Both the position numbers and the translations under genes were made by a program. Below are positions 17,081-26,395 of a stretch of DNA of 32,000 nt, piece by piece. This DNA comes from Candidatus Iainarchaeum sp. (GTDB taxonomy: Archaea; Iainarchaeota; Iainarchaeia; JAADDC01), in the NCBI GenBank assembly GCA_030445695.1, contig JASUTF010000002.1, forward strand, positions 1-32,000, read 5' to 3'. Position 1 is the first letter of the stretch. The number at the start of each line of letters is the position of its first letter. Below the pieces are notes generated by a model, which had not been told where the DNA came from, did not search any database, and saw only the letters and a program-made list of their open reading frames with translations.

Positions 17081-17608
17081 TCAGCGGGCAGCCAACGCTA
17101 TGCCGATGAACGTTGCCCCGCTGAACAGCAGGTCCAGAGACACGTAAAGCCCGAGGAACCAGAGCGCTGCGCCGGGCCACTGGATTGCTATTAAGACACC
17201 GAGAGCGATGCTAATTATACCGGAAAGCACTATCCAGCCCCAGTACGGGAGCACGTCCCTGTTCTGCCAGGCAATCCAAGCACGCACAATGCCTATCGCT
17301 ATGAACGCCGCAGCCATGGCGAGGGTTATTGCAGCGCTGGCCATCACGGGGTTGTAGAATGCTAACGCACCGAACACTATGTAGAGCAATGCAAGGACTA
17401 TGTTCGCCACCCTGCTGACCCAGCCACCCGTATGCGTGAATCCATTTATGAGCTGAACGACACCGGCGATAATCGCAAGTGCTCCGAAGAATAACACTGT
17501 TGCCATTGTGGTTAGCGGCAGATACAGCAAACCCGCCACTCCCAGCGCGATGAAGAAGACGCCCACACCAAGCATCCATGCCCAGTACTCCTTTACATCG
17601 CCGAACAT
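17081..17608 (-). CDS. HdeD-like (DUF308) membrane protein
   Basis: Repeated hydrophobic helices with ALGVAGLLYLP, GALAIIAGVVQLI, ALGVLIAIQWPGAALW. Confidence 0.7.
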   Translation of the reverse strand: MFGDVKEYWAWMLGVGVFFIALGVAGLLYLPLTTMATVLFFGALAIIAGVVQLINGFTHTGGWVSRVANIVLALLYIVFGALAFYNPVMASAAITLAMAAAFIAIGIVRAWIAWQNRDVLPYWGWIVLSGIISIALGVLIAIQWPGAALWFLGLYVSLDLLFSGATFIGIALAAR

Positions 17609-17664
17609 GATTTCACCTCCTTTTTGGAATTGCCAATAAAATTTGGGTAGAAGTGGTTAAAAGT

Positions 17665-19023
17665 TCAATCTATTATCTTCTTCATCCATCCCGTCCAGAA
17701 CACGAAGTACAGGGACAGCAAACCACCAAGCACATTGCTCAGGGCCATACCGAGGAAAACACCGTTCACTGACCCCCAGGCCCGGCCCAACAGGTATGCT
17801 AACCCCACGCGGAACACCCAGAGCCGCACAAATGCAAGCGTTGCTGAAATCTTCGTCTTTCCTGCAGCGCGAAGGGCATTCATCACGGGGAAAAAGATGC
17901 CAAAGAACGGGACTGAGAGCGAGAAGTAGAACAGGAGCATAGCACCAGTATTTATCACCGCTGGATCAGATATGAAGATCTCGATCAGGTCGTAACGGAG
18001 CGCGAACACCACGAGGGCAAGAACGGACATTGTCGAAAACGTGATCTTTATCGTGGTTGCCAAGATGTGCTTTGCCCTTTCATACTGTTCTGCACCGATG
18101 TTCTGGCCGATCATAACGGACGCTGCCTGCGACATGCCAAAGGCAACAGCGGAGACGATGTTGATTATACGCATGCCGATTCCATAGGCGGCCACTGCCA
18201 CCGAGCCGAAAGCAGAAACGATCGCCATAATAGTAGTGAATGCAAGGCCGTTGAGCGAATTGGAAAGTCCTGCAGGCGTACCGATGCTGACTATTTTGCT
18301 AATCAGCGATCCGTCGGGAATCAGGTGCTCCAGACGGACATGTATGTGTTTCCAGCCCTTAAAGAGAATTACAAGCGAGACCATAGACGCAACGGCGTTT
18401 GATAGTGCTGTTGCAATTGCTGCACCTGCAACACCCATCGCAGGAGCACCCAGCCAGCCGAATATGAGTACCGGGTCAAGGATAGCGTTTAGCGTGATGG
18501 TTGCGAGGTTAATCTTGGTCGGTGTCCACATGTCACCAACGGCACGCAGCACCATGGAAAAAACAAACACCACGAAGGAGAACGGGAGCGACGCAAAAAT
18601 TATTCTGAGATACGTTGCGGCTTCAGGAATTACATCTTCAGGGATTCGCAACAGGTGCAGGATCTGGGGCGTAAAAACGTACCCGAGCACACCGAAAACG
18701 ATGGAAAGCGCACCAAGAAGAACAAGGAGGTTTCCAACAACTTTATCGACCCTTTCCCACTTGTTTGCACCAACGTACTGTGAAACGAGGGCCAGTCCCG
18801 CCGTTGCAAATCCCCCGCCAAACATCGTTACAGTAAAAACAATGGGCCAGGCGACGGCGGGGGCAGAAACGGCTGCACGGCCGAGACGCCCCAACCAGAA
18901 CGTGTCCACAAGGTTGTAGAGAATCTGAACGAGCTGCGTGAATATGAGGGGTGCTGAGAGCTTTAGCAAAGTCCTGACAACGTCTCCCTCGAGTATCTGC
19001 TGGCGCATCCTGTGTGGCGTCAT
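17665..19023 (-). CDS. MATE family efflux transporter
   Basis: LSAPLIFTQLVQILYNLVDTFWLGRLG, ALVSQYVGANKWERV, IGQNIGAEQYERAKHI. Confidence 0.9.
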   Translation of the reverse strand: MTPHRMRQQILEGDVVRTLLKLSAPLIFTQLVQILYNLVDTFWLGRLGRAAVSAPAVAWPIVFTVTMFGGGFATAGLALVSQYVGANKWERVDKVVGNLLVLLGALSIVFGVLGYVFTPQILHLLRIPEDVIPEAATYLRIIFASLPFSFVVFVFSMVLRAVGDMWTPTKINLATITLNAILDPVLIFGWLGAPAMGVAGAAIATALSNAVASMVSLVILFKGWKHIHVRLEHLIPDGSLISKIVSIGTPAGLSNSLNGLAFTTIMAIVSAFGSVAVAAYGIGMRIINIVSAVAFGMSQAASVMIGQNIGAEQYERAKHILATTIKITFSTMSVLALVVFALRYDLIEIFISDPAVINTGAMLLFYFSLSVPFFGIFFPVMNALRAAGKTKISATLAFVRLWVFRVGLAYLLGRAWGSVNGVFLGMALSNVLGGLLSLYFVFWTGWMKKIID

Positions 19024-19096
19024 ATTTGCTCACCAAAAAGCAGGCGGATATAAGGTGTGGTACGTAGCGAATAAAAAAGAAGTGCTGGAAAGGAAT

Positions 19097-20326
19097 TTAG
19101 TGCTTCTGTCCGGCGAGTTCAGTTATAGGCACTGCCTTCTGTTCCCCGCTCTCCATATCCTTAACCACAACTTTGCCCTCTTCCGTTTCCTTGCCCACGA
19201 TGATTACGGTTTTTATCCCTCTTCTCTCTGCGTCTGCCAGTTGCTTTCCGAGTTTCCTTCCTGTAACGTCCATGAACACGCGTTTTCCGGATTTCCTGAG
19301 TTCTTTTGAGATCTTTATTGCCATATCTTCATACCCCGGAATCACCGCGACGAAGATGTCCGCCTCATCTGCGTTCAGGTTCATGGAATCCACGTAGAGA
19401 TCAAGAACCCGGTCCACGCCTATGCTGCCGCCCGTCGCTGGAACCTCCTTTCCTCCCAGAAGTCCAATGAGTTCGTCGTATCTTCCGCCGGAGAGTATGC
19501 TCGTGGGTCGGTCCACAAACGTCTCAAATATCGGCCCCGTGTAGTAGTCCAACCCGCGGACGACGAACACGTTGAATGCCCAGAGCACGCCGAAGTCGTC
19601 CAAATACTCGCCGAGTTTCAGCAGGTCGTCCTTTGCTTTAGAGATCTCTTCGCTCTTCTCGGGCAGTTCATCCAAATCCACGTTGAACTCAAGGAACTTA
19701 TCCAGGAACGGTGCGAGATCCTTTAGTTCTTCACGAACGCCATCCTCCCCGATCTTATACCACTTGTCAATGGCGCGATAGAATTCGTCCCTCCGGTCTT
19801 TGGACAGTTCAATGTAATCGGCGATAGCGTCCAACAACCTCCGGTCGTTTAGCTGTACAGTTCCCTCAAGACCTGCACGCTTCAGCGCAGTCCAGGGTGC
19901 CGCAATGACTTCTGCATCCGCCAGCAGGTTCGTCGTTCCGAAGATATCCACATCCGCCTGAGTAAATTCCCTAAAACGTCCGGCCTGCGGACGGTCATAC
20001 CTCCATACCTTGCCGATCATATAACGCTTGACGGGCAGGGGCATGGTCTTGTTCTCCGCCAGCACACGGGCGGTCGGGAGTGTCAAATCAAAGCGAAGAC
20101 CGATGCCTCTCCCAGCCTTGTCCTTGAACAGATACAATTCGTCACGAATTTCTTCTCCGCCCTTAGACGTGAGCAGCTCAGCTGTTTCGAGGGCGGGAGT
20201 ATCCCAGGGGGCGAAGCCGAACTCACTGTAAGTTTCCTCGATGATCCTCAGAAACTCAGCACGTTTCACGCTCAGCGGCGGCAGAAAATCGCGGGTTCCA
20301 CGAACGCGGTTAGTGAAGTCCATCAC
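19097..20326 (-). CDS. hisS: Histidyl-tRNA synthetase
   Basis: RVRGTRDFLPP, LRFDLTLPTARVLAEN, RYDRPQAGRFREFTQADVDIFG, GLDYYTGPIFE, SGGRYDELIGLLG. Confidence 0.95.
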   Translation of the reverse strand: MMDFTNRVRGTRDFLPPLSVKRAEFLRIIEETYSEFGFAPWDTPALETAELLTSKGGEEIRDELYLFKDKAGRGIGLRFDLTLPTARVLAENKTMPLPVKRYMIGKVWRYDRPQAGRFREFTQADVDIFGTTNLLADAEVIAAPWTALKRAGLEGTVQLNDRRLLDAIADYIELSKDRRDEFYRAIDKWYKIGEDGVREELKDLAPFLDKFLEFNVDLDELPEKSEEISKAKDDLLKLGEYLDDFGVLWAFNVFVVRGLDYYTGPIFETFVDRPTSILSGGRYDELIGLLGGKEVPATGGSIGVDRVLDLYVDSMNLNADEADIFVAVIPGYEDMAIKISKELRKSGKRVFMDVTGRKLGKQLADAERRGIKTVIIVGKETEEGKVVVKDMESGEQKAVPITELAGQKH

Positions 20327-20372
20327 CCATCACAATCACCAGACGTAACGGAAACAAGGATAATAAAAAGGA

Positions 20373-21542
20373 TCACAGTCTCTCCAGAATCTGCTGAATA
20401 ACCCGTTCCGGCTCTGTTGTGGACAAAGAAACAGCATTCGGGTGGCCCCAGTACTCTGCAGCGCCCAAATTCTTTACCATTGAGAGCAAATCTCCCTTCC
20501 CGCGCATTGTGACGGTATATCTGAAGCTCTTCTCTGCATCCGTGACAATTACGATGTCGTAGCCCCTTTCATCCATCAAGCACGAGGCAATCTTGCCCTT
20601 GTGTGGGTAGTTTGGCGTATATGAAAGTTTCACGATGAGAGCCCGCTTCCCGTTGATTTCCTTCTCTTCCATCTCCGCGTTCTCCAATGCCATTTCTACT
20701 TTCATTCTGAACAGTTCGTAATATGTCTTCCAGAGGTCCGTTTCCAGTATCTGTTCGGCCAGACGGAGGTCAGCACGAATTGCCTGTGACATCTCCAGCG
20801 CCAATGCTTTCTTCCTGTCCTCTTCGCCCCATTCAATCACCGAACTCTTATCTCCCGCGGCAGCAATCCTCCCCCACTCTGGCTTCTCCACCCACGACTT
20901 CACAAGGTACGAAACGAGCGTTGCCGTGTTGTATTTGGACAGCTCCGGTGAGTGAAGAGCAGGATTAATCACCACACCGAAGCCGTGCTGTTTTTCAGCG
21001 TAGTGGTGGTCCACAACGAAGGTCGGGCCGTAACTCGAAAGCAAGAAAAGGCCGGGGCGATCTCTCCAGTCACTACCCACGTCCAGAAGGAGATAAAGAG
21101 GTGCATCTGACAGCCAGATTTGGGCCTCACGAAGCGTCCAATGCGAAATCGTTGAAAACGCTCTGTCCGAAAGTCCGAGTGCCTTCTTTATCAGGAGCGC
21201 CGCGATGATACCGTCCGCGTCGTTGTCGTAAAAGACCTGCGGCGTTTCACCCGTTACCTTGAGAAACGCCAGTTCCTTCCAGAGCACTTCAAAGTTGCCG
21301 CGGAGGAAAGCAATCTCGTCGGGCAGTTCCAAATCCACCTTCAGGCCAGATAGAAAACGTTCCTTCACCTTCGGGCGGACGCTTTCGCTCAGCGAGAAGA
21401 GTTTGCCGTCCCGCAACTCCACACTGTCCCCAGTCCTGAACCGTTCTCTAGAAACAGCCCTGTAATACTTCTCGCCATCAAAAATCACGTACTCCGTCCC
21501 TTCCCTCCCGCGGAAAGATGATGTGATAATACCACGAGGCAT
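20373..21542 (-). CDS. DHH family protein (RecJ-like)
   Basis: QVFYDNDADGIIAALLIKKAL, TFVVDHHYAE, C-terminal EYWGHPNAVSL. Confidence 0.75.
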   Translation of the reverse strand: MPRGIITSSFRGREGTEYVIFDGEKYYRAVSRERFRTGDSVELRDGKLFSLSESVRPKVKERFLSGLKVDLELPDEIAFLRGNFEVLWKELAFLKVTGETPQVFYDNDADGIIAALLIKKALGLSDRAFSTISHWTLREAQIWLSDAPLYLLLDVGSDWRDRPGLFLLSSYGPTFVVDHHYAEKQHGFGVVINPALHSPELSKYNTATLVSYLVKSWVEKPEWGRIAAAGDKSSVIEWGEEDRKKALALEMSQAIRADLRLAEQILETDLWKTYYELFRMKVEMALENAEMEEKEINGKRALIVKLSYTPNYPHKGKIASCLMDERGYDIVIVTDAEKSFRYTVTMRGKGDLLSMVKNLGAAEYWGHPNAVSLSTTEPERVIQQILERL

Positions 21543-21566
21543 AAAGATAATTATTGTGGGAATAGT

Positions 21567-22235
21567 TTACAAATACTCCTTCAAAATTTCTCTCAGCTCT
21601 TCCCAGTTCTTCGCTTTTCTCAGCCGCGGTATCGTCTTTGCCACTTCCTTCTCCCACTCTGCTGTCGTCGGGAACTGGAACCAGACGGGGACAATTCTTC
21701 CATTCACGTTGTGGCGAAAGCGGTGCGGCCTGTCATCCACCCAGATGAATATAGCGTCTCTGTATTGCTCTCTCAGGTTTTCCAGCAACTTTTTCCGCTC
21801 CCTGTAGTCGCGGAAGCTCACAACATCGTCAAAATACTTGTCCAGCCCTGTTCTTCGGAAACGCCGCTCCTTGTAGTCGGAAACCCAGTCCTTCGACGAG
21901 AAGAGGATAATAGTGGCGCCCCGACGCTTTGCCCACTTCAGCGTCTCCTCCACGCCAGGGAGGACTTCAGAATGTTTAGCCAGCGCCCGGTTCCACGCCA
22001 CGAGAACGGGATAAAAGATTATACCAACAAGACGACCGAGAACCCCTGGCTCCCCCTTCGTTCCCTTTCGCTTCACATACCTCCCATAAATCCTGTCCAG
22101 AATTTCACGCTTTCGGGGCAGGAAAGGGAAGAACAGTCGTGCAACGTCCTCCGATGCGTCCACGAAGTGCGCCGGCGAATCCACAATCACTCCGTCAAAA
22201 TCGAGGAGCAAAACAACCCGCATGGATAGTTTCAT
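21567..22235 (-). CDS. HAD family hydrolase
   Basis: VVLLLDFDGVIVDSP, ATIILFSSKD, IFIWVDDRPHRF; alternative Met start at 22223-22220. Confidence 0.75.
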   Translation of the reverse strand: MKLSMRVVLLLDFDGVIVDSPAHFVDASEDVARLFFPFLPRKREILDRIYGRYVKRKGTKGEPGVLGRLVGIIFYPVLVAWNRALAKHSEVLPGVEETLKWAKRRGATIILFSSKDWVSDYKERRFRRTGLDKYFDDVVSFRDYRERKKLLENLREQYRDAIFIWVDDRPHRFRHNVNGRIVPVWFQFPTTAEWEKEVAKTIPRLRKAKNWEELREILKEYL

Positions 22236-22280
22236 GGACTGAAACCAATAAATATATTCGGTTTCAGCGTGGGTAGAAAC

Positions 22281-22949
22281 ATGGACGTTCAGACGTTGTG
22301 GACGATCACCGGACTAGCAGCCGTCGACATGGTAAATCCCTGCACCCTTGCAGTGCAGGTACTCCTACTATCTGCTCTTGTGTTAACGAAGGGCAGAAGA
22401 GACGCAATTATCGGCGGAATCCTATTCACGGTAACGATATACATAATGTATCTGCTCTACGGGCTTGGCGTGCTTCAGCTCATTTACACGCTGGGAATTC
22501 AAGACCTCTTGCGTGCGATTCTCAAGATTCTGATACTCGTGATGGCAGTTCTCGAAATCATGGCTTTCTTCAAGTACCGTCCCGGCTTCATATCCCTTGA
22601 AATGCCCATGTCCTTCCGACCCATCGCTCAAAAAGCTCTGAAGTCCGTTGAGAACCCGTGGATGGCCGTACCCGTCGCCGTCCTCTGCTCCGTACTTTTG
22701 CTCCCCTGCTCCTCCGGGCCATACCTTTCCGCAATCATCCTACTTGCAAACACAGCAGTTGAAAAAATCTTCTACCTTCTTTACTATAACATGATATTCA
22801 TCCTTCCGATGATTGCAATAACGGCAATCGTTGGTTTTGGAACAAAACCGGAGGCGGTGATGGAATGGAGAAAAAGACACATAAGGGAACTGCACCTGAT
22901 CGCGGGAATACTGCTGCTGGCGGTGTTCGCTATGCTATCTATGGAGTAA
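22281..22949 (+). CDS. CcdA/DsbD-like transmembrane thiol-disulfide transporter
   Basis: Six TM segments with paired Cys: DMVNPCTLAVQVLLLSAL and VLCSVLLLPCSSGPYLSAI. AATAAATATATT box about 28 nt before ATG 22281. Confidence 0.8.
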   Translation: MDVQTLWTITGLAAVDMVNPCTLAVQVLLLSALVLTKGRRDAIIGGILFTVTIYIMYLLYGLGVLQLIYTLGIQDLLRAILKILILVMAVLEIMAFFKYRPGFISLEMPMSFRPIAQKALKSVENPWMAVPVAVLCSVLLLPCSSGPYLSAIILLANTAVEKIFYLLYYNMIFILPMIAITAIVGFGTKPEAVMEWRKRHIRELHLIAGILLLAVFAMLSME

Positions 22950-23431
22950 TTTTCTCAATCATATTGCTGGTAGCGGCCCTTGCGTGGTATTCCGGCCAGA
23001 CAGGCGGCGGGAAAGATATGCCACAGGAGGGCAACCACTTGGGCGTTCTCGTATACTCTCCAACCTGCCCGCACTGCCACTCACTGATGAAATACCTAGA
23101 CGAGAAGTATCCGGACGCTCCGATACTGAGAACAACGGACGGCTCCAAGATAAAGGAGTACCTAAAGGAAGCGGGCGTTTCATGGGACGGTGGCGTCCCA
23201 ATCATGGCGGTGCGCGTGGATGGAAACGTCTTCGTGCTTTCTGGCTTTCCGTCGGAGAACCAGGACGTGAACGGCTACTTCATGGGCAGAGAAAAGGAAC
23301 TGTCACTCTGTAAAGGAATGCGAGGAACGCCGTACCCTAACGAGCAAAACTACCTCTTCTGCATACTTCCGGACGGAAAAATACTGGGAAACAAGTACGT
23401 AGTGGACTGGGTGCTCTCTAAGATCGGATAA
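22865..23431 (+). CDS. Membrane-anchored thioredoxin-fold protein (CPHC active site)
   Basis: N-terminal TM YAIYGVIFSIILLVAALAWY, then LVYSPTCPHCHSLMKYLDEKYP and cis-Pro GVPIMAV. Start uncertain; only in-frame ATG is 22865. Confidence 0.75.
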   Translation: MEKKTHKGTAPDRGNTAAGGVRYAIYGVIFSIILLVAALAWYSGQTGGGKDMPQEGNHLGVLVYSPTCPHCHSLMKYLDEKYPDAPILRTTDGSKIKEYLKEAGVSWDGGVPIMAVRVDGNVFVLSGFPSENQDVNGYFMGREKELSLCKGMRGTPYPNEQNYLFCILPDGKILGNKYVVDWVLSKIG

Positions 23432-23864
23432 TGTCCTTCAGTGCGGGGCCGGGGAGGATAATATACGTTTTTCCCACTCTTTCCCGCCTGATAACGTCAC
23501 GGGCCTCGAGGGCTGCCACCGCCCTGCTAGCACGGACCTTCCCGAAAAGCTCGGAAATCTCGGACTGAAGGACGCTGCCATTCTCAAGGACGGATCGGAC
23601 GATGAACCACTCTTCCTCCTTGTCAAAGAGCGTGGCGATCCTATCCAGATCATAATGCGAAGTGTTTCCTCCTTCCGGAAATAGTTTCAGGAGGGCGATG
23701 CCCGCGATTATGCCAACCGCAAAGAACGTGGGGATATATAGCGGAACGGGGAAGGAACAGCCACAGACGTTACCGCTCGCAATGATCTGCTGGACGTGGT
23801 AGGTCTGGTACGCCACGAGGAGCGTGGACGCGATCAGTATCCCCGCCGGTATGTATTTCCTCAT
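23418..23864 (-). CDS. Membrane-anchored winged-helix regulator
   Basis: Two N-terminal hydrophobic segments then wHTH-like ENGSVLQSEISELFGKVRASRAVAALEARDVIRRERVGKTYIILP. Confidence 0.6.
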   Translation of the reverse strand: MRKYIPAGILIASTLLVAYQTYHVQQIIASGNVCGCSFPVPLYIPTFFAVGIIAGIALLKLFPEGGNTSHYDLDRIATLFDKEEEWFIVRSVLENGSVLQSEISELFGKVRASRAVAALEARDVIRRERVGKTYIILPGPALKDIIRS

Positions 23865-25174
23865 TGTGCGATCCTCCTATACGTCTTCTCGTCGAGCGCG
23901 TAAACGTCAAATCCCTGCTGGCGGAGGACAGACGCCTTTGCCATAGCCGCCGTGCCGGTGGGGCAGATCAAGAGGTATTTCCTCCCTTTCTCCGGCACGA
24001 AGTAGGGGTTCTCACGCAAGTTCACCACGACAAAACCCTTCAAGCTCTGGCCGTGGAAGATAACATCTTCGTCAGCGTGCTTCTCCGTCTCGCGAAGCCG
24101 ATCTACAAACTCTTCGTAATTAAAACCGAGCTTACCTACGAACATCTGGACCTTTTCGGGCTTCGGGTTCGTTACCGCGTGCTTCGACAGGACGCAGACC
24201 TCCGGTACCTTTTCTGACGCTTCGAGCGTGCCGATCCTCCGGGCAAGTTCGACGATCTCATCCTTGTCGTATGAGATGAGTGGTCGGAAAATCGGGCGTG
24301 AAGCGTATCTCTCCAGAACGGTGAGCGACTCCAGCGTCTGCGTGGATACTTGAGATAGAACCTCACCCGTTCCGATCGCGGGGAGATTCAGCTCGTCTGC
24401 CACTGCATCGGCGATTTTGTACAGGACTGCCTTGAACACGATCTGGCGGTAACCCTCGGGGACCGTATCTATGATCTTATCCATTATTTCCGGTGCGTCT
24501 ATAACGTAGAAGTGCAGGTAGGGGAACCACTCTGCCAGACGTTCGTAGACGCTGTATACGAGGGTTTCCTGGGCAGGCCCGGCAACGTTGACGAAAAGGA
24601 GTGTTGGCTGGACTCCACGCTTTGCCAGTCGCCATACTGCCACGGGTGAGTCGATTCCACCGGAGAAAAGGAAGAGTACGCGGCCTGCAACGCCGACAGG
24701 CAGCCCGCCCGGACCGGGAAACACGTCGCGGAAAACATAAGCTTTCCCGTTGATAATCTCTATGCCGATGTTTAGCTCTGCGTTCTTCAAATCGACGGTG
24801 GCACCAGTTTTTTCCTTGACATAGCCGCCGACGAGTCGATTAATCTCTGGAGAAGTCCAAGGCACGTCCTTAGTCACACGCTGCGTCTTCACTGCGAAGG
24901 TCTTCTCCCCGCGGTAGAGGGAAAGTGCCGCCTCTCTCATTTTCTCCGGCTCCGCGGGGACAACGATTGCAGGGGAATACGACTTCACTCCGAAGACCTT
25001 GCCCACCTTTGTCCAGTCGCCACCCTTCAAAATGATTCTGGCTGCCTCGCGGTGTGCTTTCCCGCCTGTCTGGCGCTCGAGATTCCTGACTAACTGCTGC
25101 TCGAAGCGTATGCGAACGGGTCGGCTCTTCAGGGCAATCTCAGAGTGGCGGACAATCACAACGTCGTAGTTCAC
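23861..25174 (-). CDS. thiI: tRNA 4-thiouridine/thiamine biosynthesis sulfurtransferase ThiI with C-terminal rhodanese-like segment
   Basis: PP-loop LFLFSGGIDSPVAVWRLAKRG; THUMP-like N-terminus; C-terminal YLLICPTGTAAMAKASVLRQQGFDVYAL. GTG start; 4-nt overlap with downstream regulator. Confidence 0.92.
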   Translation of the reverse strand: MNYDVVIVRHSEIALKSRPVRIRFEQQLVRNLERQTGGKAHREAARIILKGGDWTKVGKVFGVKSYSPAIVVPAEPEKMREAALSLYRGEKTFAVKTQRVTKDVPWTSPEINRLVGGYVKEKTGATVDLKNAELNIGIEIINGKAYVFRDVFPGPGGLPVGVAGRVLFLFSGGIDSPVAVWRLAKRGVQPTLLFVNVAGPAQETLVYSVYERLAEWFPYLHFYVIDAPEIMDKIIDTVPEGYRQIVFKAVLYKIADAVADELNLPAIGTGEVLSQVSTQTLESLTVLERYASRPIFRPLISYDKDEIVELARRIGTLEASEKVPEVCVLSKHAVTNPKPEKVQMFVGKLGFNYEEFVDRLRETEKHADEDVIFHGQSLKGFVVVNLRENPYFVPEKGRKYLLICPTGTAAMAKASVLRQQGFDVYALDEKTYRRIAQ

Positions 25175-25201
25175 AAAAGTAACAGAACTGAAACCAATAT
25201 A

Positions 25202-25597
25202 TTACCTCGCGTAGAGGTGGCCCACTTCGAGGTGCGGGCGGAAGATGTGCGGTGCGTAAATTTCGATAAGAGCGTTGGTGAACTCTTCGGATCTGCCGTC
25301 GTGTATGCCCTTCTCGGCGATCTGATCAGAAAGCATGTAGTGGAACTCGTCCTCGCTCATATTCCCGCGGTAGACGTAGATTATCTCGCCCTCGGGTATG
25401 TTGTAGCGGGAACGGAACTCCTCCTCCATTTTCCGGGCAATATCGTTAATTCTTTCTTCTCCCTCAAAACCGTCTAGGCCCTGAACACCCCTTCTGGATA
25501 GCAATGCAGCCAGTTTTACCAGAGACGTCCGAAGAGGCGTCAGCTTCTGCCCTGCACGGAGAAGCGCCATACCCTTGACTTCGAGATACGTGGGCAC
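25202..25597 (-). CDS. Hypothetical protein (131 aa)
   Basis: MPTYLEVKGMALLRAGQKLTPLRTSLVKLAALLSRRGV...; isolated frame between thiI and methyltransferase. Confidence 0.6.
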   Translation of the reverse strand: MPTYLEVKGMALLRAGQKLTPLRTSLVKLAALLSRRGVQGLDGFEGEERINDIARKMEEEFRSRYNIPEGEIIYVYRGNMSEDEFHYMLSDQIAEKGIHDGRSEEFTNALIEIYAPHIFRPHLEVGHLYAR

Positions 25598-25714
25598 GGA
25601 TTAATAAGGCAGCGGAACAATATAAAAACAACGTGATGACGCCAAGCCGCTACTGACGAAAGGATGATGAAAGGAGGGATTGCTGATTATAAACTACTGA
25701 TTTCAGTTCTAAAT

Positions 25715-26371
25715 ATGAAAGAAGAGTGGAAGGGGCAGCTTCGTATCTCCACGAACTATACCCACTCGGTTGTAACCGCATTGGGGATCAAAGAGGGCCA
25801 TCGCGTTCTGGACGTTGGCTGTGGGCCGGGCTATCACTCGGCAGTAGCCCACGTTCTTGGCGCAGAGGTGCACGCAATTGATCTGAACAAGAAAAACGTG
25901 GAGACGGCGAAGAAACTCATTATGCATCTCAATGAACTGAAAGAGGCCAAAAAACTTGAGCTACCGGGAGACCCGGCCAAAATACAAAAGATAATACTCA
26001 ATGCAATGAAGAATGAGCCGCCCAAAAAGCTTCCTGAGCGAGCACACATATATCACGGAGATGCGGCGGAACTGGACCGGCATATCTCCGATAAAGACGA
26101 ATACTTTGACGTAGCGCTGGTAATAGACGTATTACACCTGGTAAACATGCAACGCGGCCCAAAAGGTATAATGAAGGTGCTAAAACAGGTGCATAAAAAG
26201 TTAAAACCGGGTGGAAAGCTCGTAGCATTCAATTTCGAGCCAGGAATTCAGAACTACATCAATAAGATACTTGAGAGGTGGGGCTACCAGAGAATTGGCC
26301 TCTCCGAGCATGGAATTACAGAGCATGACAAACTAGCCCTGAAGCACGTGTGGATAAAACCCAAAGTATAA
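25715..26371 (+). CDS. SAM-dependent methyltransferase (class I)
   Basis: GHRVLDVGCGPGYHSAVAHVLGAEVHAIDLNKKNVETAKK, YFDVALVIDVLHLV, LKPGGKLVAF. Start 25715 chosen; 25664 also possible. Confidence 0.85.
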   Translation: MKEEWKGQLRISTNYTHSVVTALGIKEGHRVLDVGCGPGYHSAVAHVLGAEVHAIDLNKKNVETAKKLIMHLNELKEAKKLELPGDPAKIQKIILNAMKNEPPKKLPERAHIYHGDAAELDRHISDKDEYFDVALVIDVLHLVNMQRGPKGIMKVLKQVHKKLKPGGKLVAFNFEPGIQNYINKILERWGYQRIGLSEHGITEHDKLALKHVWIKPKV

Positions 26372-26395
26372 AAGCATCTTTTTCGTTTTGAGAAC

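Noticed and set aside
22959-23313. Arg/Pro-rich ORFs 22959..23201(-) and 22984..23313(+)
   Set aside because: Shadow frames of the CPHC thioredoxin-fold gene, whose motif and TM anchor clearly identify the coding frame.
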